A stretch of 64,000 nt of DNA from a virus, in IMG/VR virus record IMGVR_UViG_3300027708_000024. The stretch is one strand, 5' to 3'. Of this stretch, positions 1-10,300 are shown in pieces; within the stretch, counting starts at the first letter, position 1; each line of letters starts with the position of its first letter. The translations under genes and the position numbers were made by a program. Below the pieces are notes generated by a model that was not told the origin of the DNA, did no database searches, and worked only from the letters and a program-made list of their open reading frames with translations.

Positions 1-196
1 TCGTGGTGATGTTGCATATGACTCCAATGAACAAGAAGTAGTCTACGACATGGCACAAGCAAAAGTTAAACTTGCAGAAATGATTGCAGAAGAAACTGCT
101 AAACAAGAAGCACAAGCAACAGTTAAAGAATCAGCAATAGCTAAACTGGCTAAACTTGGCTTAACTGAAGATGAAATTAAGGCACTTATAGGTTAA
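1..196 (+). CDS. Partial small fibre-associated protein (5' truncated)
   Basis: Frame from position 2 reads ...ATVKESAIAKLAKLGLTEDEIKALIG* (TAA 194-196); this C-terminal style is common in small proteins following phage fibre genes. Confidence 0.7.
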   Translation, partial: RGDVAYDSNEQEVVYDMAQAKVKLAEMIAEETAKQEAQATVKESAIAKLAKLGLTEDEIKALIG

Positions 197-238
197 TATG
201 ACTATTAAAATAATAGATATGTTCAAAGAAAGTAGACA

Positions 239-733
239 ATGACAACCAAAATCTCAGGATCAGTATTAGCAAATACTGCGGTTACAGCAGGAGTATATGG
301 CAACACAGCCATAATTCCAAACATTACTGTTGATGCACAAGGAAGATTAACTGCGGCAGCCAACGTCAATGTGTCATCTATGACAGTTGATGGCGTAAAC
401 TCAATTGGGTATTTAAACGCACCACTCAATAGTCAATCTGCTGCATATACGACTGTATTATCCGATTCGGGTAAAATTATCTATCATCCATTAGGAGATA
501 CACTAAGAACGTATACGATTGCCAACAATGCAACTGTAGCGTATGCTCTTGGTACAACATTGTCGTTTGTTAATATGGCAACTAGTGTGATAACTATTTC
601 AATTGCAAATGATACGATGTATTTAGGAGGAACTGGTGCAACAGGCAATAGAACGCTGGCTCAATATGGCATGGCAACTGCTGTTAAACTGACTTCTACA
701 ACGTGGTTAATTTCTGGAACAGGAATAACCTGA
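239..733 (+). CDS. Virion fibre-associated protein
   Basis: GVYG..IPNITVDAQGRLT motif shared with the fibres at 4129 and 7341; Thr/Ala/Gly-rich beta-type sequence. Confidence 0.65.
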   Translation: MTTKISGSVLANTAVTAGVYGNTAIIPNITVDAQGRLTAAANVNVSSMTVDGVNSIGYLNAPLNSQSAAYTTVLSDSGKIIYHPLGDTLRTYTIANNATVAYALGTTLSFVNMATSVITISIANDTMYLGGTGATGNRTLAQYGMATAVKLTSTTWLISGTGIT

Positions 734-2745
734 TGTCCGCAATTATTAATTTGTTGTTAGCCGGCGCCGCAAAAGTAAAAGACGCCTATTTTAATTTGGT
801 TATGTTGTTGTTGAATGCATCAACAACTACCGGCGTAACAAACAATACATTTCAAGATTCTTCAAGTAATAATTACTTAGTTACTCGAAACGGTAGTGCA
901 ACGCAAGGAACATTTACACCGTTCAGTCCGACCGGGTGGAGTAATTACTTTGGTGGTAGTGGAAACTATGCTGTTAGTAGTGCTGCGGTTATTACTACCA
1001 CGACTACAACGTTTACTATAGAGGGGTGGATACATCCAACTGTTGCTGCGATATCTTCAGGTAATGTTCCTGCTATTATTGGAGATATGCAGCCTACAGG
1101 AGCAACAAATGCTTGGAGTTTTGGTACATTAGCTTCAGGTGCCGTTGCTTTTTATTGGTATGATGGAGCAGCAAAAACAGCAATAACTAATGGAACAGTA
1201 TCACTAAATCAATGGTCACATATTGCTATTTCAGTTAATGCAAATGCAATTTCTATTTTTATAAATGGTACTTTGCAAACATTAACAGGAACAACAACAT
1301 TAACAAATAGAAATCAAACCACAAGCACAGTTGCTTTTGGTCAATGGAATAGCGGTACTACTAGTTTATATACCGGTTATATTTCTAATTTTAGCGTGTT
1401 GTCGGGAACAGCTAAATATAGTGTTGCTTTTACTCCAACAATATTACCACTTTCAACATCAACAACAAATCAAACACTATTATTTGCTTCGGGAAATAAC
1501 TTTTCTGATTTAAATACTGCAACAACAGCAAAAACATTTACAATAACAGGTACAACTGCATATGTTCAAGCCTTCTCTCCATTTGCACCAACAAGTGATT
1601 ATAGCACTAGTTTAGTTGGTGGTAGTGGATATTTTGCCAGTGCAACTTCAGATTATTTAACCGTTTCTAATGCCGTACCATTGCAATTCGGGACTGGGAG
1701 TTATGCAATCAGTTGTTGGGTATATAGATCGGTAGCTGGTGTTGTTCATGCTATTGCAGGTAAAGGAGCATCAGGTGTTGGATGGACATTCCAAATAAAT
1801 GCTTCAAATCAATTGGTTTTTATTGATACTGGCACAACACTTCTTACATCAACAATAACAATACCTTCTGGAGTATGGACATATGTCTCGGTGCGTCGGG
1901 ATACTACTGGTGCAGTTGCTCTGTATGTAAATGGTAATATATCTGGAAGCTCTACATCTTCTACCGATTTTAATCAAACGAATACACTGGTTATTGGTGC
2001 AGACAGAACTTCTGCCAATTTTTTCAATGGATTTATAGCAGGATTTGAATATATAAAAGGTCAAACGGATATCAATGGATCAACCATTAATGTTCCTACA
2101 TTACCACCAACAACATCTAATAGTCCATCATTACTACTCAATTTTACTAACTTTGGTATCTATGATGCTACTTCTAGAAATAATTTTATAACTACTGGTA
2201 CTGCACAATCAAGCACAACTCAGTCTCAATTTGGTGGAAGCGCAATATATTTTGATGGTGGTAGTCAGTTAAGTTATCTATATAGAACACCATTTGATAC
2301 AGACATATCTCAACTATCGGCATTCACAGTTGAATGTTGGGTTTACTTAACTTCAATTGCAGCCAGTGGTGGAATGGCAATTATAGGTACTAGAGGAACT
2401 GGTGCTGCAGGATTTGAATTTCGAGTTCAAGCCGCCACTGGTGCTTTACAATTTTATAATACAGGCGGCGCAACTCTTACTACCACTTCAACTTTAACAG
2501 TAGGAACTTGGTACTATATTGCTGCTGTAAAAAATGCAGGTGTTGTAACTATGTATATTAATGGCGTTGATGCTGGAGGGAGCGGTGCAATCGGTGCAGC
2601 TACGGCTTCTGGATTCCCATTATATATTGGTGCTGGCAATAGAGCTGCCTCTTATTTTCCCGGATACATTGATGAACTTCGCATCACACGAAATGTTGCA
2701 AGAGATGTTACTACTGTACCAATCGCACCTTTCCCAACTCAATAG
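733..2745 (+). CDS. Multi-LamG (concanavalin A-like lectin) virion protein
   Basis: Three LamG-like repeats (FTIEGWIH..WSHIA..YISNF; YAISCWVY..WTYVS; FTVECWVY..WYYIA..YIDELRIT); ATG at 733 overlaps the upstream TGA. Confidence 0.8.
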   Translation: MSAIINLLLAGAAKVKDAYFNLVMLLLNASTTTGVTNNTFQDSSSNNYLVTRNGSATQGTFTPFSPTGWSNYFGGSGNYAVSSAAVITTTTTTFTIEGWIHPTVAAISSGNVPAIIGDMQPTGATNAWSFGTLASGAVAFYWYDGAAKTAITNGTVSLNQWSHIAISVNANAISIFINGTLQTLTGTTTLTNRNQTTSTVAFGQWNSGTTSLYTGYISNFSVLSGTAKYSVAFTPTILPLSTSTTNQTLLFASGNNFSDLNTATTAKTFTITGTTAYVQAFSPFAPTSDYSTSLVGGSGYFASATSDYLTVSNAVPLQFGTGSYAISCWVYRSVAGVVHAIAGKGASGVGWTFQINASNQLVFIDTGTTLLTSTITIPSGVWTYVSVRRDTTGAVALYVNGNISGSSTSSTDFNQTNTLVIGADRTSANFFNGFIAGFEYIKGQTDINGSTINVPTLPPTTSNSPSLLLNFTNFGIYDATSRNNFITTGTAQSSTTQSQFGGSAIYFDGGSQLSYLYRTPFDTDISQLSAFTVECWVYLTSIAASGGMAIIGTRGTGAAGFEFRVQAATGALQFYNTGGATLTTTSTLTVGTWYYIAAVKNAGVVTMYINGVDAGGSGAIGAATASGFPLYIGAGNRAASYFPGYIDELRITRNVARDVTTVPIAPFPTQ

Positions 2746-2752
2746 GTGATAT

Positions 2753-2995
2753 ATGCTTTATTCTAAAAATGGTTCAATACCACAAATTCAAACTGATGAG
2801 TCAGATGGATGGATTGAAGTTCCAGATCAACCCGACTGCCCTGAAGGAAAAGAAGTTGTTTGGTGGTATCCACCAGGGTGGGTTATTCGTGATATACAAC
2901 CAGAAGGTGATTGGAGTTGGAGCCAATCACAAGAACGATGGATTGAGGTTATAGCAGAGCAAAACGATAATAGTCAGACAGACAATCAAAACTAA
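2753..2995 (+). CDS. Small Trp/Pro-rich partner of the LamG protein
   Basis: 80-aa ORF directly downstream of the LamG gene, with SD-like AGGTGA. Confidence 0.65.
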   Translation: MLYSKNGSIPQIQTDESDGWIEVPDQPDCPEGKEVVWWYPPGWVIRDIQPEGDWSWSQSQERWIEVIAEQNDNSQTDNQN

Positions 2996-3022
2996 ATACT
3001 ATGAAATTCTAGGAGAATTAAA

Positions 3023-3370
3023 ATTAGTGCCGGATATCAAGAATTATATGTAGAGCAAGGTGCATCATTTGCAACAACAATCACTATCAATGATGTGGTT
3101 GGTTTGTCATATAACCTCTACAACTTTAATATTTCTAGTCAAATAAAAAAATCATATTATACATCTAATGTGACCGCATCATTTTATGCATTTGCATCCG
3201 ATGCAGCAAATGGTGTAATTACATTGTCATTAGATGCACCAACAACTGCAAACATTTATCCAGGTCGATATGTATATGATCTGAAAATAATTTCGACCGA
3301 TGATGGTGCAAATAATACATTCCGTGTTCTAGAAGGAATTGTAAATTTAGCACCTCAAGTTACAAGATAA
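3023..3370 (+). CDS. Conserved T4-like virion structural protein; probable ATT start
   Basis: SD AGGAGA 3011-3016, then ATT-AGT-GCC-GGA-TAT-CAA (xSAGYQELYVEQGASF...GRYVYDL...RVLEGIV); in-frame TGA at 3002 and no upstream ATG. Confidence 0.65.
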   Translation: MSAGYQELYVEQGASFATTITINDVVGLSYNLYNFNISSQIKKSYYTSNVTASFYAFASDAANGVITLSLDAPTTANIYPGRYVYDLKIISTDDGANNTFRVLEGIVNLAPQVTR

Positions 3371-3374
3371 TTTT

Positions 3375-3382
3375 TATAAATA
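3375..3382 (+). promoter_or_regulatory. T4-type late promoter
   Basis: Intergenic TATAAATA; gp55 is encoded in the window. Confidence 0.75.
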
Positions 3383-3438
3383 GAGAAATAAATTAAAAAT
3401 TTATCTAAGTCTAAGAATAATAAAAAAAGGACTAAAAA

Positions 3439-4059
3439 ATGCCAACAATTGGTAGTATTACAGTTCGCCAATCAGGTTATGTAGGAGTTCGGGTAGGAAA
3501 CGCCACCGGCGTGTCACAAACCATCATCAATCAAATCAACAACATATATCAAGAAGCAAATAACGCATACGAACAAGCAAATGCAGCGTTGATTCTTGCA
3601 CAGGCATCATATGATTATGCAAACACAATAAGTGCTGGTGGAGGTGGTGGTCCGGATCAATACGCAAGAGATACCGCAAACACAGCATTAATTATTGGTC
3701 AATCTTCATATAACTATGCAAACACAATTGGTGCAGGTACTATTGACCAAACAGCAAGAAATGCAGCAAACGCATCATTTCAAAAAGCAAATACAGGAAG
3801 TCTTACTGCCAATAGTGCATTTAATAAAGCAAATTCAGGATATATTCTTGCTCAAGCATCATTTAATTATGGAAATACAGTAGGAATTACAGCACAAGCA
3901 GCATTTAACTATGCAAATACAATAGGAATTATTGCTCAAGCAGCATTCAATACAGCAAATAATAAAGTAGCAAAATCTGGAGATACCATGTCAGGCACAT
4001 TGACAGTAACAAGACCTTCACAAGTAGTTGCAACAATTGATGGTGGTGAGTTTTCATAA
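3439..4059 (+). CDS. Short fibre protein with AFxxAN heptad repeats and C-terminal DGGEFS
   Basis: AQAAFNYANT-type repeats as in the 7341 fibre; KSGDTMSG knot motif. Confidence 0.7.
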   Translation: MPTIGSITVRQSGYVGVRVGNATGVSQTIINQINNIYQEANNAYEQANAALILAQASYDYANTISAGGGGGPDQYARDTANTALIIGQSSYNYANTIGAGTIDQTARNAANASFQKANTGSLTANSAFNKANSGYILAQASFNYGNTVGITAQAAFNYANTIGIIAQAAFNTANNKVAKSGDTMSGTLTVTRPSQVVATIDGGEFS

Positions 4060-4060
4060 T

Positions 4061-4068
4061 TATAAATA
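4061..4068 (+). promoter_or_regulatory. T4-type late promoter
   Basis: TATAAATA upstream of the 4129 gene. Confidence 0.75.
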
Positions 4069-4128
4069 GAGAAATGAACACGTAGTAAATTCAAAATCGA
4101 ATAACAATAATAATAAAGGATTAAAAAC

Positions 4129-6498
4129 ATGGCATCTAATACACAAATTCTTATCAAAAGAAGTTCGGCTAATACCAAGCCAACCGACGGAACAATAAAG
4201 GCAGGTGAATTAGCATATTCGTACTTATCGAATACTCTGTTTATTGGTACCAATGATGGTGCCAGCACACTAGAGATCGGTGCATGGTCTAACCTTGCTA
4301 ATCTATCAAATGGTACATACGGTAGCACTACAGCAGTTCCAGTTATTACTGTTGATCAACACGGTAAAGTAACTAACGTATATACACAAGCAATCGCAAC
4401 ATCATTTAATATCTCTGATGGTACTCATAGTAACACAGTTGCTGGTGGAACTACACTAACATTCTCTGCAAACAACAACTTTGGTATTAAAACATATGTT
4501 GATGCTAATACAGAAACAGTTTACATTGGTCTAGATAACACAAGAGTTATTCTTGCAAACACAACTGCAAATCAAACAATTGATGGTGTATTGAATATCT
4601 CTGGTAACTTGAATGTTACAGGTAATATTGCTTACACTGATGTAGAGACAATCGTTTCACAAAATTCGTTAATCAAATTAGCAAACAACAATGTTCTTTC
4701 TGATGTTGTTGATATTGGTTTCTACGGACAATCAAACAACGGTACAGGAATTACCTACACTGGTTTGTTCCGTCATGCTGGTGACAGTGGTAAAGACTAC
4801 TACTTGTTTGATAATTACACAAAAGAAGATCCAGATACAACCTTTGTAATCGATCCAACAGATGCAAGTTTCAAAGTATCGACATTACACGCTAATCTAG
4901 TTTCGCAAAATGTACAGTCAACTAGATTCTTAGCAGGCGAAAGTGTTGATACAACTGGTGGATATGGATTCTACCAAGATAGCTCACAAGACACTGGAAT
5001 GTATAGCAGTGGCAATGGTAACTTAGAATTCAAATCAAATGGTTCTAACAACTTCACAATTACATCTAGTTCATTCACACATCAAACTGACGTAACACTG
5101 CAATATGGTGCTACATTAGGCGACAATAGTTATAATGCTGTATACTTTGGTTTAGATGCAGGTACCACTGGTAATAACACAGTATCGATTGGTAGTGCGG
5201 CAGGACAAACATCGCAAGGTAGTGGCTCTGTTGCAGTTGGTCATGGTGCTGGTAATGCATCGCAAGGTTCACTCTCTGTTGCAGTTGGTGTACATGCTGG
5301 TGAACAAACTCAACAACAAGGTGCAACTGCTGTTGGTCACTCCGCTGGTCAAGTAAGTCAACAAACTAACGCAACCGCAGTTGGTAATCTTGCTGGTAAG
5401 TATACTCAAGGTACTAGAGCAGTCGCAGTTGGTTATCGTGCAGGTTATGGTGATAACACATCACAAGGTGCTAATTCAGTTGCAATTGGTGCTCTTGCTG
5501 GTTATAGTTCACAAGCAGCACATAGTATTGCAATCAATGGTTCTGGTGTTGAATTAAATCCTTCCGAAGCAGGTTTCTATGTAGACCCAATTCGTGCTAA
5601 CAATGCAGTTGGTGGTTACGTTACTGCATACAATACAACAACTAAAGAACTCGTTTCTACTGATGTTGCAATCGACAATGGTGGTATTACACTTGCCAAC
5701 GGTACAGTAATCTCTGACACTACATCCGGTGGATTGTATGTTGATTCGTTGAATTATGGTGAAACAAGTAATGTCGTATTCTATAATGTTGCAACAAAAG
5801 AAGTAACATTTGGTACTATGGCAGATTTACGTCCAGATAGAATCGCAAATGGTTCTTTCAGTTGGACAGTTAGTGGTGCTGATGGCCATCTGTATACGGC
5901 ACGTGGTACACAAATTGCTGACTCAGCAAACAGTGTTGTTATTGGTCAGAATGTTGATGTAACTAATAATAACCCAGGACGTGTTGCAGTTGGTGAATAT
6001 GCTGGTGCCACAAGTCAAGGACAACACGGTATTGCAATTGGTTCTTATGCTGGTAATGACACTCAATCATATGCTTCAATTGCTATTGGTGAAGAAGCAG
6101 GCAAAATAACACAAGGATACAGTGCAATTGCTTTGGGTCGTTCTGCTGCTGAAACAAATCAAGGTAATGACTCTATCGCAATTGGTCGTTATGCTGGTGC
6201 AAATAACCAAAGTAATCATGCAGTTGCATTAGGTCACTATGCTGGTAGAGGAACAACAACTGGTCAAGGTGAATACTCTGTAGCAATTGGTGCCTTTGCT
6301 GGTCAACAGTCTCAAGTTGGTTACTCTATTGCTATTAATGCATCTGGTAATGCATTGAATCCTCTATATGCTGGATTGTATATTGATCCAATTAGATATA
6401 CAGCAGCACAAGATGCAACATATGATGGTATCGCATTCTACAATGCAAGCACCAAAGAAGTTAGATACTCATATGTGTTAGATGGTGGTTCATTCTAA
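4129..6498 (+). CDS. Tail fibre/adhesin with YadA-like head repeats
   Basis: N-terminal ILIKRS...GELAYS fibre domain; two arrays of ~14-aa (S/A)(V/I)A(V/I)GxxAG repeats; ends LDGGSF. Confidence 0.8.
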   Translation: MASNTQILIKRSSANTKPTDGTIKAGELAYSYLSNTLFIGTNDGASTLEIGAWSNLANLSNGTYGSTTAVPVITVDQHGKVTNVYTQAIATSFNISDGTHSNTVAGGTTLTFSANNNFGIKTYVDANTETVYIGLDNTRVILANTTANQTIDGVLNISGNLNVTGNIAYTDVETIVSQNSLIKLANNNVLSDVVDIGFYGQSNNGTGITYTGLFRHAGDSGKDYYLFDNYTKEDPDTTFVIDPTDASFKVSTLHANLVSQNVQSTRFLAGESVDTTGGYGFYQDSSQDTGMYSSGNGNLEFKSNGSNNFTITSSSFTHQTDVTLQYGATLGDNSYNAVYFGLDAGTTGNNTVSIGSAAGQTSQGSGSVAVGHGAGNASQGSLSVAVGVHAGEQTQQQGATAVGHSAGQVSQQTNATAVGNLAGKYTQGTRAVAVGYRAGYGDNTSQGANSVAIGALAGYSSQAAHSIAINGSGVELNPSEAGFYVDPIRANNAVGGYVTAYNTTTKELVSTDVAIDNGGITLANGTVISDTTSGGLYVDSLNYGETSNVVFYNVATKEVTFGTMADLRPDRIANGSFSWTVSGADGHLYTARGTQIADSANSVVIGQNVDVTNNNPGRVAVGEYAGATSQGQHGIAIGSYAGNDTQSYASIAIGEEAGKITQGYSAIALGRSAAETNQGNDSIAIGRYAGANNQSNHAVALGHYAGRGTTTGQGEYSVAIGAFAGQQSQVGYSIAINASGNALNPLYAGLYIDPIRYTAAQDATYDGIAFYNASTKEVRYSYVLDGGSF

Positions 6499-6513
6499 TT
6501 GTAAGTAGTAAGT

Positions 6514-6553
6514 AAAAAAAGCACCGGTTATTAAGTTAGCCGGTGCTAGTTTT
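6514..6553. terminator. Intrinsic terminator hairpin, probably bidirectional
   Basis: AGCACCGGTTA/TAGCCGGTGCT stem 6520-6547; A7 tract on the 5' side and AGTTTT on the 3' side. Confidence 0.65.
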
Positions 6554-6620
6554 GCGTAAAAAGTAGTGCAAAATTCGTTGTCTATATACTATGTAATTGT
6601 TTATTAATAGGAGAATTGAT

Positions 6621-7337
6621 ATGAGTCAAGAAAAATATGTAGGTCATTATGTCGAAATTTTAAAAAATCAATTAAATGAAACTTCTTTAAAAAATGTTTC
6701 ATTGCAGGCAAATCTAAAAACATACGAAGAAATTGTTTTGGATTTAACAAATGCCAATAAACTTTTAAGTGAACAAAACGAATCAGCAAAACAAGAAGGA
6801 ATGGATGCCGTAGGACAAGAATTACAACAAAAAATAAATGAAATTGAAAATTTAAAAAAGCAAGTTAATGACGCACGAGCGGATGAGCAAAGAAAAAAAG
6901 TAGATGAAATTAATACATTGAAGGCTAGAGTAAACGATTTGCAAAGCAAAGCAAGTGAAGGTGCAAGATCAATTTCCGAAATGGAAAAATTAAAAGATCA
7001 AGTATCGCATTTGAATACTTTCAGAAATCAGTTAATTCAGGCACAAGCAGAGTTAAGTAATAAAGAAACAATTATTAATTCATTGAATGAAACTATTCTT
7101 ACTCTAAATCAGAATATTAATGCATTAACTGGTAATAATAATGATTTATCTGCACAAGTAGAAAACTTATCAAAAATTGTTGAAAATTTAAGTTCAAATA
7201 TAGAAGAAATTTCCACTCCGACTAAACGTAAAACCAAAAAGGCGCAAAGTATACCGGTAGAAGCACCGATTAAACAATCTGTGCAACAAGAGGAAACTAA
7301 GCAATTAGCAACGTTAGAGGACGGCGGAAGTTTCTAA
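6621..7337 (+). CDS. Coiled-coil protein ending EDGGSF
   Basis: SD GGAGA then ATG at 6621; long heptad-rich region. Confidence 0.75.
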   Translation: MSQEKYVGHYVEILKNQLNETSLKNVSLQANLKTYEEIVLDLTNANKLLSEQNESAKQEGMDAVGQELQQKINEIENLKKQVNDARADEQRKKVDEINTLKARVNDLQSKASEGARSISEMEKLKDQVSHLNTFRNQLIQAQAELSNKETIINSLNETILTLNQNINALTGNNNDLSAQVENLSKIVENLSSNIEEISTPTKRKTKKAQSIPVEAPIKQSVQQEETKQLATLEDGGSF

Positions 7338-7340
7338 TAA

Positions 7341-10300
7341 ATGTCGAACACAAAGATCCAACTAAAAAAATCTGGAGTATCAGGGAATGTACCGGTTGAC
7401 CTACAATATGGTGAACCGGCACTAAACTATGATGATGGACGATTATATTACAAGGCGGCCGATGAGTCAATTGGATATATTAGTTCAACGGACTCATTCA
7501 ATACAATCAATGTAGATTCAACATTATTATTTGCAACATCAAATACAGATATATTAAGTATTAATTCTGCATTTGGTATTAGTGTTTCTGGATCAGGTAA
7601 AACTATTACAATTGGTGACGGTGCAACAAGTAATACTGCACAAGGTGCATTCAATCATTCCAATACACGTTTTAGTGCAAACGGTGGAACACTCTATGGT
7701 AATATAGATATACTTGGTCATGCCAATGTGCAAAATACTATTGTTGTAGGTACAGGTGCATACACCATTCTTCCAAATCTTGTTGCTCAATTTACAGGCA
7801 ATACAGAATTATACTCACAAGTTAATCAACAAAATATTAATGCTAACGGTACAGCGGATTTTGTTGTAACTGCTGATAATGGAACCGATGAAATCAATTA
7901 CCTAGACATGGGTATTGCTGGTTCCACGTATGTCAATAGTAATTACAATTCATGGCATTTTGTTAATCCAAATGATGGTTATCTGTTGATGCAAGGTAAT
8001 GCATCTCAGAATTTTGGTGGTAACGTTTTCTTTGGAACATCAGGTTCTGGTTCTGGTGGCAATCAAATTGGTGATATTGTATTCGTCCAAGGTTCAGATA
8101 CAGATAATGAAGTTGCTCGATTTGTGCTACATGAAGGTTTAGTAGTCAAAACAAAAACAGCATCAACAAGTAATTCAAGTGGTGCATTAGTTGTTCATGG
8201 TGGTATTGGTGCAAACGGTTCAATATACGGTGATGCAGTATATGATTCTAACATCAGAATTCTAGACAGAGCAAACACCGCAAATATAACTGCACAGGCA
8301 GCGTTTGATTATGCAAACACAATTGGTGCAGGTACTATTGACCAAACAGCAAGAGATACAGCAAATGGTGCATTTGATACAGCAAATACAGATGCTAATA
8401 ACATAGTAATAGTTGCTTCTTATGCTAACTCTGCATTTACTCAAGCAAACACCGCAAATATAACTGCACAGGCAGCGTTTGACTATGCCAATACATTAGG
8501 TAATGGTACAGTAGATCAAACTGCAAGAGATACAGCAAATGGTGCATTCGATACAGCAAATACAGGCGCAAACAATATAATAATTGTAGCATCCTATGCA
8601 AATTCAGCATATACTGAAGCAAATAGTGCCAACTTAACTGCACAATCTGGATTTGATAAATCCAACACTAATGCTACAGATATAACAATAACTGCTTCAT
8701 ATGCTAACTCGGCATATGCTAGTTCCAACACAAATGCTGACAATAATACGATAACTGCATCTTATGCAAACTCTGCGTATAGTGAAGCAAATTTGGCACA
8801 ATCGTATGCAAACAGTGCATTCACTAAATCGAATACCAATTCAGATAATATTGTAATAGTTGCTTCTTATGCAAACTCAGCATTCACCCAAGCAAATACA
8901 GGAAATACTACTGCTCACGCATCGTTTGATAAATCAAATACAAATGCCAATGATATTACTATTGTTGCTTCATACGCCAATAGTGCGTACACCCAAGCAA
9001 ATACAGGAAATATAATAGCACAAGCGGCATTCGATAAAGCAAATACAGATTCTACCAATACTAGTATTGCAGGTTCTTATGCAAACTCGGCATACACCAA
9101 AGCAAATACAAATGCCGATGATATTACTATTGTTGCTTCATATGCAAACAGTGCATTTAGTAAATCAAACACCAACGCTACTGATATTACTATTACGGCA
9201 TCGTATGCCAATAGTGCATACACTAAAGCAAATAGTGCCAACTTAACAGCACAAGCAGCATTTGATAAAGCAAATACTGATTCTGATAATTCAACGATTG
9301 CGGGTTCTTATGCTAACTCTGCATATAGTGCCGCAAACTTGGCGCAATCATATGCCAACTCCGCATTTACGAAATCGAATACAAATGCAACTGACATAAC
9401 AATTGCAGGTTCTTATGCTAATTCAGCATATAATGAATCAAATACAAATGCAACTGATATTACCATAACGGCATCGTATGCCAATAGTGCATACACTAAA
9501 GCAAATAGTGCCAACTTAACAGCACAAGCAGCATTTGATAATTCTAATACAAAATTCAGTTCTTCTGGTGGAACAATATCTGGTCCAGTTACTATCTCAG
9601 GTAACAACAGTTTAACTGTTACAGGTAACTTAATCGTTCAAGGTTATACAACTACAAGTTACACTAATAGTTTGACATTATCAAATGCGATGTTTAGTTT
9701 GCATACGTCAAATACATTCGCACCACTAACTACCAATGATGGGCTAAACATTGGTATTGCGTTTCATTACTACGATACTGCTGACCATCAAGCAATTCTA
9801 GTAAGAGAAAATTCAACTGGGTATTTGACATGGTATAATACTTCTACTAATATTGGTGGTAATACAGATAGTAAAGGTATTACGATGGGAACATTCCAAA
9901 CGAATGCTCTTATCGCAAACTCAGCAACCATTAATGGTATAGAATTAGGTGCATATTCAAGTTCTGCATATGCTACTGCAAATAATAATGCGGCAGTTAA
10001 TTTAAATCAAAATACAAATATTACTATTGTTGGTTCGTATGCCAACTCTGCATATAGTGAAGCAAACAGTGCAAGTGCAACTGGTCAGGCAGCATACAAT
10101 ACTGCAAACACAAATGCTGACAATAATACTATTACCGCATCATATGCTAACTCAGCATACACAGCGGCCAATCTAGCACAGTCATATGCTAACTCAGCAT
10201 ATACATCTGCAAATACAAATGCAACTAATGCAACGATTGCTAGTTCATATGCAAACAGTGCTTATATTGCCGCCAACTTAGCACAATCATATGCCAATAG

